From Eledone cirrhosa (Eukaryota), in assembly GCA_964016885.1 (NCBI GenBank), contig OZ024751.1, positions 35,836,001 through 35,900,000 of the forward strand: DNA of 64,000 nucleotides, read 5' to 3'. The notes under the pieces were generated by a model that did no database searches, was not told where the DNA came from, and worked only from the letters and a program-made list of their open reading frames with translations. Each line of letters begins with the position of its first letter. Within the stretch, counting starts at the first letter, position 1. This document shows positions 1 to 14,390 of this stretch, piece after piece. The translations under genes were made by a program, and so were the position numbers.

Positions 1-40
<40 letters not shown>

Positions 41-172
41 ATGTATATATATACATGTATATACATTTATATACATATATATATGTGTATATATATATAA
101 ACATATATATACATTTATATACATATATATATGTATATATATATAAACATATATATATATATATATCTATAA

Positions 173-315
<143 letters not shown>

Positions 316-330
316 CATATATACATATAC

Positions 331-402
<72 letters not shown>

Positions 403-517
403 TTATGTATATATGTATTTATGTATATGAGTATAGGCTAACGGACGATGCAACAACAACATCAAACAAATTGCATAGCAAGGTATCCGCCATTTTGCCT
501 TGCGCTTTAAATAATAT

Positions 518-602
<85 letters not shown>

Positions 603-710
603 TGTGCGTCTGTGCCTGTGTATATGTGTGGATTTATATATGTTTAATTGGAATATATCTATCGTTTTTTTAGATGGCAGGTGTGGTGGAAGGGACACTG
701 CCTGGGGCTT

Positions 711-1010
711 TCACAGGTCCTTCAAAAAACCGGAGAGATCAATACCATTAATTTTCCGGTAAACCACTGGGGGTCCACTCATGAGCAGGGAAATTGTTAT
801 AAGGAGACATATGGTCTGGTGAGGAAAGGCTGGGTGTAGCAATTCCTAGTGGAGTTTTGAGGTAAGATCAGGACAAAGCCTGGACAATGAGAGGAGGAAA
901 GGTCACGTGGGTGATAAGGGTGTGAGTGGCGATATCACGTGACTAGGGAGCTCAGAGGAGGAGCAGAGAAAGTTGTTAGTAACGGTAGACGATACAAAAG
1001 GAGAAGACAA
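711..1010 (-). pseudogene. Decayed LINE (L2/CR1-like) apurinic endonuclease C-terminal remnant
   Basis: Minus strand, with frameshifts, reads FCIVYR ... LITHVTFP.H..G ... PDH..LLITISLL..PPVVYRKINGIDLSGFLKDL*. This resembles the APE motif order VYRPP / QHV.FPTH..G / SDH followed by the YRK..ID..F..DL linker. The region is more GC-rich than its flanks. Confidence 0.45.
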
Positions 1011-1271
1011 CACGTCTGTGGAATATAGGTTGAATGATGTGTTTTATAGAACCAGCAGTGTAAGAGGAGTGACTGAGTGTTTGGGGTGACGGGGTGGGGG
1101 GTGGGGGGTGACTATGAAGTTCAGAAAAGCAGAGAATGTTGTAGGAATGGTAGAAGATGTAAATAGAGGAGAGGATAGTGTGGGCCTGTGAGTCAGAGAT
1201 TGGTGAGTCAACTAGATATGGAACTGAAACGACAATTCTAAATGACAGGTATTATCTAAACTAAATCTAAA

Positions 1272-1404
1272 ACGGTCCTTTATGGTCGGAGTTCAAATCC
1301 CGCCGAGGTTAACTTTTCCTTTCATCCTTACAGGGTCGATAAAATAAAGTACCAGTAATGTACTGGGATAATTGTCGTCCTTGTGCCAAAAGTAGAAATA
1401 ATTA
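1272..1404 (+). mobile_element. 5'-truncated tRNA-derived Nin-domain SINE with 15-bp target-site duplication
   Basis: B-box GAGTTCAAATCC followed by CCTTTCATCCTTACAGGGTCGATAAAATAAAGTACCAG. ATTATCTAAACTAAA occurs at 1251-1265 and 1401-1415. Confidence 0.85.
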
Positions 1405-1424
1405 TCTAAACTAAAACTATGTAA

Positions 1425-1436
1425 AAACAACAACAA

Positions 1437-1475
<39 letters not shown>

Positions 1476-1503
1476 CAACAACAACAACAGCAACAGCAAC
1501 AGC

Positions 1504-1543
<40 letters not shown>

Positions 1544-1545
1544 CA
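1425..1545. repeat. (CAA)n/(CAG)n microsatellite
   Basis: Seen directly in the sequence. Confidence 0.95.
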
Positions 1546-1566
1546 ATTAATGGTAACACCACTGTC

Positions 1567-1781
1567 TCATGGCCTTTGCAAAAGATAAGATGGATGCTGT
1601 TTCATGATTGCAGTGAATAGAGTTCCAAATCTATTTATTACAAAAGGGGATCCGCTGAAAGATCCAATATATCTTGTGGTGGGTTCATTCTTGCCAATGG
1701 CCATCTTCATCCCGATTGCAGTAAATTGCGAAATTATTTGGAAATTATTTTCTAGAGAAATCATTTCCTTTAAATTCATTT
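1567..1781 (-). CDS. Possible terminal coding exon of an unknown gene
   Basis: Polypyrimidine acceptor GTTTTCATTTTTCAG is followed by a 70-codon non-repetitive open frame ending in TGA. No homology recognised. Confidence 0.2.
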
Positions 1782-3480
1782 CTGAAAAATGAAAACTTGC
1801 ATTATACTCCCCTCATTAGTCCCAGTATATTATCATTAAAATTTATGCCATGTGTACAAGGATCCAGTTTACGCCTCTTATGTTGACTATTTTACTACAA
1901 TTCAGTGAACAAGGTATCATTTTGATTTTTATTCAAGCTTGATTTCATTAAAAATGGAGGATTAAATGTTGTTTGTTTCATTTCCTTTCCATTTAATATT
2001 TGATAGAACTGAGATGTTGAAAGAACCAAGAAAGCCCCCCCCCCCCCTTCATGTTTTTTTTTACCGGAATTAATGTTCTTGTCGACGAAAGCACAAGTTA
2101 ATGTCCCCTCTACAAAGAATACATTGTGCTTTATGATTATTATTATTTGGTGAAATACTATGATACTAATAACAAAAAACTAGGAAATATTTCTCGCTAG
2201 TTAATTCCCAAATATCTCTACGCGACATGCAGTCATAAAACCAACCAGCAATATTTTTTTTATGTGACTTTTAAAGATTTATATATTTATTTTTGTAGTT
2301 TTTTTTTATTATTTCTTTTTTTTTTTTTTACTAATGTGGGAAATTTCATAATCACAAATTGCTGCAATGAAACTCGAAACCAATTCTTTTATATCAAAGA
2401 TGAATGATTTTAATTCTAGTTTTAAAGAAACACACACACGTACATACGTACTCATGCACATACACACACACACACATAGAAACACACACACACACACACA
2501 CACATACATAGAAACATAGAAAAAACCTCACAAACAAACAATCAAAAAAATTATATGAGAAACAATACGAGCTTTGTTTTCCTAACTTCAAAAAAACTTC
2601 CAATAACAATGGCTTGGAGGACTTCCCCTTAGTCTTTGATAAATTTGATTCTTCAATTTTGTTACATAAATAAAGCAATTAACAACATTCTGTTTAATAA
2701 ACCTATCTTAAATATGACAAAAAATTATGATATAATTTTTGAAATATTGTTTTATAAAACGAATCTCATAAAAGTGTAGAATGACGGTCAAACTGATAGA
2801 ATAAACGTCATTTTTTTCCAGAACAGGGTTAAAGAATACAATTTAGAATTAGATTTTGTTGGCGTTCTAAGGTAACCGTAAACGTTTATCGATTGAATGA
2901 AAAAAAAAAGCTATAAATATTTTATTTCACCGTTTCAAGTGTTTTATTCTAAAGGGAAATAAGCACTTTTATGCTTTATCTTTTAATGTGTTCAAATGAG
3001 CTTTTGTTTCGCTTCTGTCATCAGCATCGTCTGGACAACCATTGGTTGCCTAGGCAACAGAATGGTTCTGTCTTAGGTTTCCTTCATTATTAACAAAAAA
3101 AAAATATAAATAAAAATAATAATGCAAAACAAAACTCAAGCAACCAAAAGATATATCAAAGTTAATTTGGAAATTATTATAAAAAATGCCAAAATAAAAT
3201 TGACAGTTTAAAATCCTAAAACCATTCCCCCCTTTCAATAGATGTGCAGTTTTCGCTAATAGAAAACTTTACAGTGAGAGGCCACAACGGGATTGATTGT
3301 GTCTGACATCCAGGGTTGTGGAACTTGTGAAACACGTTCAATTCACGAAATATGAACAAATGGATATAAAAAATAAACAAAATTTCGAAAGACTTTTTAG
3401 ACGTTTCAAAAATCCACAGACTTAAAGTAATTAAATACGTTTAATACTAAATAAAGTGGATTATTAGAAACACAACATTT

Positions 3481-3548
<68 letters not shown>

Positions 3549-3554
<6 letters not shown>

Positions 3555-3605
3555 TTCCTGATGATTTCTAAAGAATGAAACAGTTCTAGTCCTGTAGAAT
3601 CTCAT
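3549..3605 (+). ncRNA. Type I hammerhead ribozyme (family B element)
   Basis: Stem I ATGAGATTC/GAATCTCAT; CTGATGA 3558-3564; stem II TTC/GAA; GAAA 3577-3580; stem III ACAG/CTGT; GTA cleavage triplet 3594-3596. Confidence 0.9.
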
Positions 3606-3684
3606 CTATATTAAAACTTTTATACTCTGCTATGTATTGAGTACCTTACTTACTGTGGTTACCTCCGATTCAACCCGGAATAAC

Positions 3685-3685
<1 letters not shown>
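3549..3685 (+). mobile_element. HHR-bearing non-coding element, family B, inserted in (TA)n
   Basis: HHR plus tail ...ACTCTGCTATGTATTGAGTACCTTACTTACTGTGGTTACC...CCCGGAATAACG, with (TA)n on both sides. Homologs at 22062, 24400 and 50437. Confidence 0.8.
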
Positions 3686-3733
<48 letters not shown>

Positions 3734-3737
<4 letters not shown>

Positions 3738-3813
3738 AACGAGTAGGACCCCGACGGCTGAGCTCAAGCCGTTTCGACGGCTAATTCTGGACTAAAATCA
3801 TTTTAGTCCAGAA
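3734..3813 (-). mobile_element. Family A fragment carrying the 3' half of an HHR
   Basis: Minus strand reads GAAACGGC-TTGAGCTCA-GCCGTC^GGGGTCC, preceded by the hairpin TTCTGGACTAAAAT/ATTTTAGTCCAGAA. Flanked by (TA)n. Confidence 0.75.
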
Positions 3814-3833
3814 TATATACACATATATATATA

Positions 3834-3893
<60 letters not shown>

Positions 3894-3910
3894 CATATAT
3901 ATATATATAT

Positions 3911-3941
<31 letters not shown>

Positions 3942-4206
3942 CGTATATATAATATATATATATATATGCCATTATACGGCACATACACATAATCCAGGTG
4001 TGCGTGTCTTCGTGTAAGTATGAACGCATATACATGTATATACACGTATATACATGTACATACGTGTATATTTGTATAACCGAGAATGAAAGAGAGAGCG
4101 GAGAGAGAGACAGGGTGAGGGAGAAAGGGACAGAGATAGGGTGAGAGAGCGAGAGAGATAGCGAGAGAGAGAGAGAGAGGGAGAGAGAGAGAGAGAGAGA
4201 GAGAGG

Positions 4207-4288
<82 letters not shown>

Positions 4289-4680
4289 TTACGTTTGTCC
4301 GGTGATGCCCTATGGCACTTGGATTAATAACGTTAGTTGAGAAGTAAATTTTATATGTAAAATCAATGTCGTCTGATCAGTGAATCAAGGTGTTATTGTT
4401 TGTGGAAATATAAGCAGGTGTGTATATTAAGACTGTCGGCTTGTCTGGAATTGTGTGGAGAAGAGGAATTTGTCAACAGTCTGTGGCCGTAGAATCAAAC
4501 GTTTTCGATAATGGCAGAAGGTGTAAGGTGAGCAATATATAGTCGTCATAGTAAAGTGTATTGTATTGAAACTGTCTAAACAGTATGGTAACTCTAATCT
4601 CCAATGTTTAGGGGCAAATTAATAAACCTTTAAAATGAAATCAAGAAGTTTAGTCGAGATACACACTCACACACACACAC

Positions 4681-4750
<70 letters not shown>

Positions 4751-4797
4751 CACAGAAAAAAAGAGAATCAGTGTTGCGACGAATGTAATTTATTGTA

Positions 4798-4889
4798 CAT
4801 ATTACAATCGTTTCTCTGGCGACCAGCTCGAGGCACGATCGATGTGATGTTCGAAACTGACTCTGAAAATCGCAAGGTCCTCAGATACG
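4798..4889 (-). ncRNA. Type I hammerhead ribozyme with extended stem II
   Basis: Minus strand: CGTAT-CTGAGGA-(~63 nt including GCGATT/GGTCGC)-GAAAC-GATT-GTA^ATATG. The downstream tail contains AATAAA and runs into (TA)n at ~4750. Confidence 0.65.
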
Positions 4890-4967
4890 AGTGCTCATCG
4901 AGTGCTCATACGGCCTACCGCATACGGACGCTTTAAGCATGCAACACCAATTATATATATATCTATA

Positions 4968-5024
<57 letters not shown>

Positions 5025-5130
5025 ACTCTCACTCACATACACATAGATACACACCCACACACAAACGCACACAGACACACACACGCGAAATATATTAAAT
5101 TAACCAAGTTTTAAAACGAAATGAAGATAC

Positions 5131-5203
<73 letters not shown>

Positions 5204-5264
5204 GATACGGACACGAGAATTAGAGCTGAATGTGACGTGATTCGGCTGTATCTATATCCGTGCA

Positions 5265-5352
5265 CTAAATTCCAATGAGAAAGCATTAGTCATTAGGCAA
5301 CCGGAGACTATTGTAGAGAGAAGACACTTGTTGAAGGTGTCATTCAGTGAAA
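5265..5352 (-). mobile_element. Decayed CORE-domain SINE fragment
   Basis: CTAAATTCCAATGAGAAAGCATTAGTC...AGAAGACACTTGTTGAAGGTGTC is similar to 53840-53990 and 63716-63870. Confidence 0.55.
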
Positions 5353-5948
5353 CTATTGACAAGGAATAAACAAATAAAATTCAGAAAAAGAAAATCGTTA
5401 CGATCAACAATATAAGTCAGTTGAATTCCGACCCAAAACTACATCAGCAATTTATTTAAACTAGATAAGTCGGATGTTATTTTAGATCGAAGAAAGTTAT
5501 TAAGGAATATTTCCACAAAATTTATCGAAGGAAAATACTGAAAAAAAAATAAATCGGGAAAAAAATATTAAAAAAAAATACCCCCAAAAATGTGGAGATA
5601 AGAAGAAAAATTGGTTGCCTAAGCAACGAAATACTTTGACAGATTATTACAGAAATTACATCAAATTCAGCTGATTGATATAATATGTCGAATTGAATGA
5701 ATATAAATAAATCGATTATAACTTTTGGTTTTATATTAAATGTATCCAACCAGACAGGTTTATAATTAAATAGATTCAACTGAGCCATTCTTTTTATTTC
5801 CTCCTGTCTATTGTGATATGAACGTGAAAGTTGAAGAAGTTCCAAAAGAAAAAAAAAAAAAAGATTTATATATGTATGTCTACATACATATATATATATT
5901 ACTGATCAAAAATACAATATCATATATTAATATATTATGATATAACAT

Positions 5949-6010
<62 letters not shown>

Positions 6011-6145
6011 CGTGTGTATGTGTGTACGTTGTGATACTGCTTTTGGGGAAAGTACAAATATTTCAATATATTAAACTGGCATTGTTTATTTTTGCTCTGT
6101 AAATCTCATTACCAATAGCTTACGAGTTTAAAGATAAAACTAAAT

Positions 6146-6213
<68 letters not shown>

Positions 6214-6373
6214 ATACATCCACACATACACACACATATATCCACACATATCCACAGATACCCACACACACACATATATATATATATATCATATTACACA
6301 GGTTCCCCTGCTTGCCAGATAATCTTATTTACTATGGAATATATAAGTATCCATAAAAGTCTAAACAATATGA

Positions 6374-6504
<131 letters not shown>

Positions 6505-6683
6505 TTAGTTATATTTGTCAATTGTTAGGATACAGCAGCTTACATTGTGAAAATAAAAATATATATTTTGTATATTTTTATGATGTGAAAATGGAAAAAT
6601 TTCGAATTTCTTTTTGCTTTTCTTTTCATTCTTCATTTGATATATATGTTTATATATATGTTTATATATATATATATATGTTT

Positions 6684-6715
<32 letters not shown>

Positions 6716-6734
6716 GTTTATATATATGTATATG

Positions 6735-6815
<81 letters not shown>

Positions 6816-7354
6816 ATATATAAACATACATATATAAATATATGTATTTTATATACATAACTTTTAAAACATCGAAATATCGAAATGTTTATATGAAATA
6901 ATATTTTATTTTAATATTTTTAATATTATTTGTGTGAAACGGGAAAGTAAAAGTAATCTAATAATAAAATACGTACTTCTTTGTAAATCTGAAATTGTGT
7001 GTGTCGCATGAATGGTGTCGAAATTATCGTTTTCTATGTTGAGATAACTAAAGATAAACAGAATCATCTCTAGATCTTACTCTGGATTCAGCTGCAATAC
7101 TATAACAGTACAGTTACCAATAACTATGATTAAAGTCACTCACTGTTTCTCTCTCTCTCTCTCTCTATATATATATTTGTGTGTGTGTGTGTGTGCGTGT
7201 GCGTGTGTGTGTGTGAGTGTGAGTGTGAGTAAGTGCTTTTTAATGTACGTATGTATACGTGCGTTTGTGCGCGCGCTTGTGTATTTACAAGGATGTATGT
7301 ATGTATATACATATATATATACATATATGCACGTATAAACACACACACACACAT

Positions 7355-7393
<39 letters not shown>

Positions 7394-7830
7394 AATAAAT
7401 AAATATACACGCACATAAATATGTATATTAGAGTTTGTGTGTACGTGCGTGATTGTGAATGTATGTATATGAAACGTATACACAGACACACACACACAGG
7501 AACACACACACACACACACATTTATATATATATATAGGAGTGTGTACACGTGTGTGTATGTTACTGTGGAATAAAAGAGACAATAGAGAGTGAGAAATGA
7601 GATGACAATAGAGAATATTAATTTGTTGGAATTTAAAGAATCACACCATCGGTTCAATAAGCTTCTCTGATAGAATATTTCAAATTGTATATAATTCGTA
7701 TATAATTCAAATTCCAAGTGATAGACTATATTGAATCTGTGAAACGTCTTTGCTGTCCTAGCATTCCACTATTTCCGGTTGTCTTCTGACTTGTCAGTCA
7801 GTGCAATGCAAGATTTATACAGTTTTATAC

Positions 7831-7975
<145 letters not shown>

Positions 7976-8083
7976 TATATATATGCAAGATATATATATA
8001 CAAGATGGTGTCTTAGAATTTATAATTTTCTCTTACTGTCGTCTGCTGCCATGGGTCGTGTCTCCCTATTCAACATGTAGTGG

Positions 8084-8345
8084 TACGACTTCTGCTATAC
8101 CATTTACGTGGTTTTGTCTTTGCGTGCTATTGTTCTCCACGCTCCACATATGACGTATTATCTTCGTTTTTTTCGTTCATTGCCAGAGAACGTCTCTATG
8201 CACCACCTAAGAGAATATTAGTCTACGACCTCTTTTATACCATAAACGTGGTTCTGTCTTTGCGCGTAATTGTTTTTCACCGCTCCTATTAATGACGTAT
8301 TATATTCGTTTTTTCCCGTTCTTTGCCAGCGAACGTTTCCACGAA
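8084..8345. repeat. Diverged ~140-bp tandem duplication
   Basis: TACGAC..TATACCAT..ACGTGGTT.TGTCTTTGCG...ATGACGTATTAT.TTCGTTTTTT..CGTTC.TTGCCAG.GAACGT starts at both 8084 and 8224. Confidence 0.85.
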
Positions 8346-8426
8346 CCAAAGTATCGTCTTCCTGTCTTCCTCCGGTTGCAACGTTTTTTGAAATATCCAG
8401 TTCTTCGTTTACAGACTGACTTTGTT

Positions 8427-8477
8427 AGTTTCAGAAGATCCCGTTAAGGGTGAAAGCAGCGATTCTTTGCTTAAACT
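8427..8477 (+). ncRNA. Degenerate hammerhead (core U4>A)
   Basis: AGTTT-CAGAAGA-TCCCGTTAAGGGT-GAAA-GCAG..TTGC-TT^AAACT. All three stems pair, with one core substitution. Confidence 0.6.
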
Positions 8478-8660
8478 TTAATCTGTTATTTTAATATATA
8501 TATATACGGGCTTAGATCAATATCCAGTGATATGTAATGGTTTGGTAAAAATATACATGGTAGAGCTCTCAGTCCATGGAGGGAGTTTTTGATATATTAT
8601 AACCCGGAGCGAATTTATTCAAACTACAGTGTTGAATAAATCGAGTTATATATATATATA

Positions 8661-8877
8661 AAACAAAGAAAGTGTGGCAAGATACCAGGTGGACCATAAG
8701 GCACCAGAGTACTCGATACTTTGGGTAGTAGAGTGGGTAATAGGAAAATAGTCAGGACCCCGACGGCTGAGCTCCAGCCGTTTAGGCAGCTAGATCCGAA
8801 CTAAACCAGATACTACCGCTTTAGTTCGGCTCTAGCTGTCGAAACGGCCGGAGCTCAGCCGTCGGGATCCTGACTCT

Positions 8878-8881
<4 letters not shown>
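8661..8881 (-). mobile_element. Family A element with fold-back palindrome (half HHR on both arms)
   Basis: Tail ACAAAGAAAGTGTGGCAAG...GTACTCGATAC...GTAGTAGAGTGGGTAATAGG, then inverted arms at ~8743-8805 and ~8820-8881. The right arm has GAAACGGC..GCCGTC^GGGATCC. Confidence 0.85.
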
Positions 8882-8943
<62 letters not shown>

Positions 8944-9469
8944 TATTCTTTAAAAACAACATGACAAAATATCTTTAAGGAAACTGCAGTCATGAAAATG
9001 GCGGACTTCAAATAATATAACGATTGTTATGTCGCTGTAATGTTAGTTAATACAGATGACTCCTACACATACACATCATTGATTTATATCATAGATCCTT
9101 ACAAAATGGCATTACATCAATTTCCTTATAGCTTTGCCTACGTCAATCAAATATGACATTCGTAAAACATCTCTGACTTTCAAATTGTTCATCTAACCCT
9201 AATATCTACTATAAATCACAATATTCTACTATAATTTGGTGTTATCAAAATCAATTTTTTCTCTTCCATCAACAAGCGACCTTATTATAGGTTTAGGTTT
9301 CCAATACATTATATTCGTGGAGGACAATATATCTATGTATTACTAAATATACACCTCGTGTATATCCTGTTGTTTTACTAACGGAATAGTTAATAATCAG
9401 ATAACTTTACCAAACACCAAAATTTATCAAACCTGGTGTTTATGGATTGTAAACGTATGCATATACAAG

Positions 9470-9502
<33 letters not shown>

Positions 9503-9623
9503 CTCTCTCTCTCACTCTCCCCGCCCCGCATATATATATATAATATATTCGGTTATCAAGTATGAAATTTGCAGAAATTTGTATTAAAAAAAAAATGTTT
9601 CTGCAAATCTCCTACTTGACGAC

Positions 9624-9805
<182 letters not shown>

Positions 9806-10824
9806 AATATATATATATATATGTGTATATAAACAATGGCGTGCTCATGCGCAGAGATGCTATAAAGATGCTTAAAGACGGAAAAAGAAATTGCCGTCCA
9901 CCGCTATAAATATATATATAAATATATCGAGAATTTGTACCTTTAAAAATTGCACTCACTTAACTGTTGGACATTGTCTTGGCTGCAGACAAGATATTAA
10001 ATGGTTTACAGCGGGGAGTGTATATACCAACACATTCTGAAGTCAATCACACCATCGTCTCTACCACACTTATTCTGAAACCGTTTGTATCTTCAAAACG
10101 AAAAATCTTTCGTGAGAGATCATATATTTCATGTTAGTGATACACGCAGTATATGATGTGTATAGCACATAGAAACGAGTATATTGATCGTATTATATCT
10201 ATCTATATCTATGTCTATTATATCCCTCTCTGTGCTGTGCTGGATATAAAACTAACTAGACTAACTATTCAAGTTCCTTCGGCAAAATTACGTTTAATGT
10301 TATAACTATATCCGTTGTCTCTATCCGTTCAAACCAGAGAAGAAAACAGAAATATTAATAAACATGGAGCCATGTTAAATTCTCGATAACTAATTACATC
10401 TCCTCACAAGTAATTTGTACGTCTCATACAATTGGGTTCTGGACATTGTGGCGATATAACAAGTCCGTACACGTTCTCAGAACACACACACACACAAACA
10501 CACACAAACACACACAAACATACACACACACAAACACACACACACACACATACACACACACACACACTCTCATACACACACGTACAACACACACTCACAC
10601 ACTCACACACACACACTCATACACACACGTACAACACACACATACACACACGTACTCTCTCATACACATACGTACAACACACACACACTCACACACATTT
10701 ATACATACCCGCTCTCTCTCACAGACTCATATATATTCAGACACACATCTACCTACCTACCTACCTATCTATCTAACTAACTAACTCTTTCTCTCTCAAT
10801 ATATGTGCACACACATGTATGTAT

Positions 10825-10876
<52 letters not shown>

Positions 10877-11012
10877 AATATATATATATATATTGTAACT
10901 AGTTAACAGACTAGTAAGACCATTATTCAACTTGGCATTTGATACTTTAATAGAATTAGAGTGGATATATTCATTACATGTCAGCCTGACGGTCAAGCTT
11001 GAACCTTTAACG

Positions 11013-11066
11013 AAGAAGAAGAAGAAGAAGAAGAAGAAGAAGAAGAAGAAGAAGAAGAAGAAGAAG

Positions 11067-11096
<30 letters not shown>
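11013..11096. repeat. (GAA)n microsatellite
   Basis: Seen directly in the sequence. Confidence 0.95.
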
Positions 11097-11097
<1 letters not shown>

Positions 11098-11376
11098 CAA
11101 CATAATACTGAGAGAAGTGATTAAGACTAAAAACAGACGTTTGTTTATAACACCTTTCCTATCAACAGGTGGTGGTGGTGGTGGTGTCCATTGCCAGACG
11201 ATTAATATTTCTTCTACTAATTTTTATCCAAACTCCATTACAGTCAGTCATTATATTTATGTGAAAGAAATGGAAGATTATAGAAGTAACTGTATCATTG
11301 TTAAACTCTTCTTATTTAACTGTCATTTTTGCACGGCCATCAAGAGTCTTTTGTTACAGTGTTACTGACTATGGCA

Positions 11377-11790
11377 CTGTCTGTGTTACAGCCTGTCACT
11401 CTCTGTGTTACAGTCTGTCACTCTGTGTGTTACAGTCTGTCACTCTCTGTGTTACAGCCTGTCACACTGTGTTACAGTCTGTTACTCTTTGTGTTACAGC
11501 CTGTCACTCTCTGTGTTACATCCTCTCACTCTCTGTGTGTTACAGCCTGTTACTCTCTGTGTTACAGCCTGTCACTCTCTGTGTTACAGCCTGTCACTCT
11601 CTGTGTTACAGTCTGTCACTCTGTGTGTTACAATCCGTCACTCTCTGTGTTACAGCCTGTCACACTCTGTGTTACAGTCTGTCACTCTTTGTGTTACAGT
11701 CTGCCACTCTCTGTGTTACATCCTGTCACTCTCTGTGTTACAGTCTGTTACTCTTTGTGTTACAGTCTGTCACTCTCTGTCACTCTGTGA
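11377..11790. repeat. ~22-bp minisatellite GTTACAG(C/T)CTGTCACTCTCTGT
   Basis: About 18 tandem units. Confidence 0.95.
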
Positions 11791-14064
11791 TATTGTCTAT
11801 GTCGCTGTTCGTGTTACAGTAAGTAAATATCTTATTATCCAAATAGTCAACTCTACGAATAAATACAAACAATATTTTATTTTCTTGTTATTGTTGTAGG
11901 TGGTTTTTAATGTAGATTTTAATTTTCGACGGCGACATTAAATATTTTTTTTATCAAAAATAAAAAAAGGAAACTAAAATAAAATAAAACGTAGACTAAA
12001 ATAATGTAAAAAATTAAATTAACCAGAATGATTTCAGAATTTTTCGCGATAAAACAATGAAGTCATTTTCGCCTAAATATTAAATATATTTACAACTGAT
12101 AAGTTTTTATTCATTAAATTTTTAATATTTTCCTCCGGTAAATTCTGCATGTTACATGTCACGATATACCTTACACATATACAGGTACACATAATTTAAA
12201 GCTGTAAAGTAAAGAAATAAAGAAGAAGAAGAACAACAACAACAATAACAGTAACCTTGTATGATATTTTATAAGTTGGTGTAGTTGTAAGGTTTGTTGT
12301 ATAACATACTTTACAATCAACGGAGATGAAAGCAGTGTTATATGGTGACATCTTGTCAACCTATACGGTTAAAGTTACAATATACATGACGCTATTTTCA
12401 TGAACGTATGGTTTATAAATAATAGGTAATATGCTTATATAGTAATGTAGGGATATAGCTATATAACAGTTCTATGGTCATATAGGAATGATAGTAATAT
12501 AGTTACACAATGACTTACAGAGAGCTACTATGGTTAAGTAGTAATGTTACTGATATGATCGACAGTAGATGTTCTATGGTTATATAGAAATGTAGAAATA
12601 TATAATTACAAGATCACTTACAGAGAGGTTCTATGACTTTACAGTAATCTAGTAAAATAGTTATATGATGGTTATAGTAGTAATATAGTCATATGATGAA
12701 CAACTTTAGTGATTATATAGTAATCATAGAAGATTTCGACAACAGAGAGAACTTCTATAGTTATATTATGTAGTGGTATAGAAGTGGTTAGAATTGAAAC
12801 TTATGATTTCAAATAAATATATCGATTCATTGTATTGAAACGTTGAATAAAAACACCAGCGTTTTGTATACTTATGTTCGACAAAAATCAATGTCCTAAA
12901 ACTGTGTTGATTGTTTATGTAACCAGAAACGAGTGACCTTCTAACAACAATTAAGTTTCATTTGATACCATTCAGTGATAATTCGTATTCATTTCTTTCC
13001 TCTTATAACCAAACAACACAAGAAGTATTATGCTTGTTTTTCTAATACAATTGTTTACTGTTATCATAATAATGTTTTTAATAAAAATATTTTCCTAGCT
13101 GCTAACTTAATTGAAAGTTTTCTAAAACGCATGTTAATCAAAGGATTAGTCAGACATATTGGAGTTTTTGAACATAATCATAGTTTTTAATAATTGAGTT
13201 ATAGCTGAGCAGATCGTAAACTAATTATAGCTCACCCGCTTGAATAATAACGACAAGTCTTGTGTCCTATGGTGAATGTTTCGCTTTTGATGCCATCTCT
13301 ACAGCTGAAATATAGCGAAACTAAAGGTTGAGTTCAGACTACCTTCATGACACCCAACCGACATTCAACAAAGGAATGAAAACTGCTATTTTTCATGTTT
13401 ACATTCCAAACATGAAATTGCATTGAAAGGCACAATTTATATAGCAGCAAACATCACTAATACTGGTCTTATATCTTCGACACTGTATTTTCTATTTCTG
13501 TTTATCGTGTGTTTAGTAGCTTTATTTCTGGTCAATTGTAGTAACACGAGGATTTTCTTTCTGAAAGCACTTTTTTCTCTCTCTCATCTCTCTTCCCTCT
13601 TCTATTTCACTATTGTCAGCAAAGCAGTCTCTAAGAGATGTAATCGTTATATTAGCGTAGTATTTATTCTGACGTTTGTAGATGTTTGAAGATTTTAATG
13701 GCGACAATCTGCGTATTCTCTATTTCGCTGTTTCGCTGTGATGTTTTTGGCTTCAGATATTTTGTCTCGGCAGATGTCATAATGCTGGTTAAAGTGATAA
13801 CAGTGATCGAAATATGTTGAAAATCATTCATACAACAATAAACAAGAGAAGAAAATACAATTAGATTTCCATTACGAACAACTTCAAAAGGCAACAAGGA
13901 GAGCGAGCAACATCAAAACACTTTTGCAAATACATACTAGACACAACAAAGAATAGAGAGATAAATAAAGCTGGTAACTACAAAGGCCGGCCCAGTACAC
14001 AAGAAATGTAATGAGAGATACAAATAAGCACTGTTTGACTTACATCAAATATATTATAATTGTC

Positions 14065-14390
14065 AGAGAGCGAGTGAGAGAGGAGGAGTGAAATAGGAGT
14101 GAAAAAAGGGGTGGGAGAAGTTGGGGGAAACTGGGAGGAAAGGGAGAAGAAGGAGAGAGAGAGGTGAGAGAGATGCGAGAGAGGCTTGATAGAGGAGTGA
14201 GAAAGGAGAGTGAGAGGAGGGAGAGAGGAGTGAGAAAGGAGTGAGAGAGGAGGGAGAGAGGAATGAGAAAGGAGGGAGAGAGGAGTGAGAGAACCATGAG
14301 AGAGAGGAGGGAGAGAGGAGTAAGAGAGTAGTGAGAGAGGAGTGAGAGAGGAGTGAGAGAGCCATGAGAGAAAAATGAGAAAGGAAGAGT
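14065..14390. repeat. Purine-rich (GA/GGA) degenerate minisatellite
   Basis: Repeated GAGAGGAGTGAGA / GAGGAGGGAGAGAGGAG units. Confidence 0.85.

Noticed and set aside
11298-11899. Cys-rich ORFs in three frames
   Set aside because: They are translations of the 22-bp minisatellite.
13420-13900. Short ORFs in non-repetitive sequence
   Set aside because: No recognisable domain or consistent splice signals.
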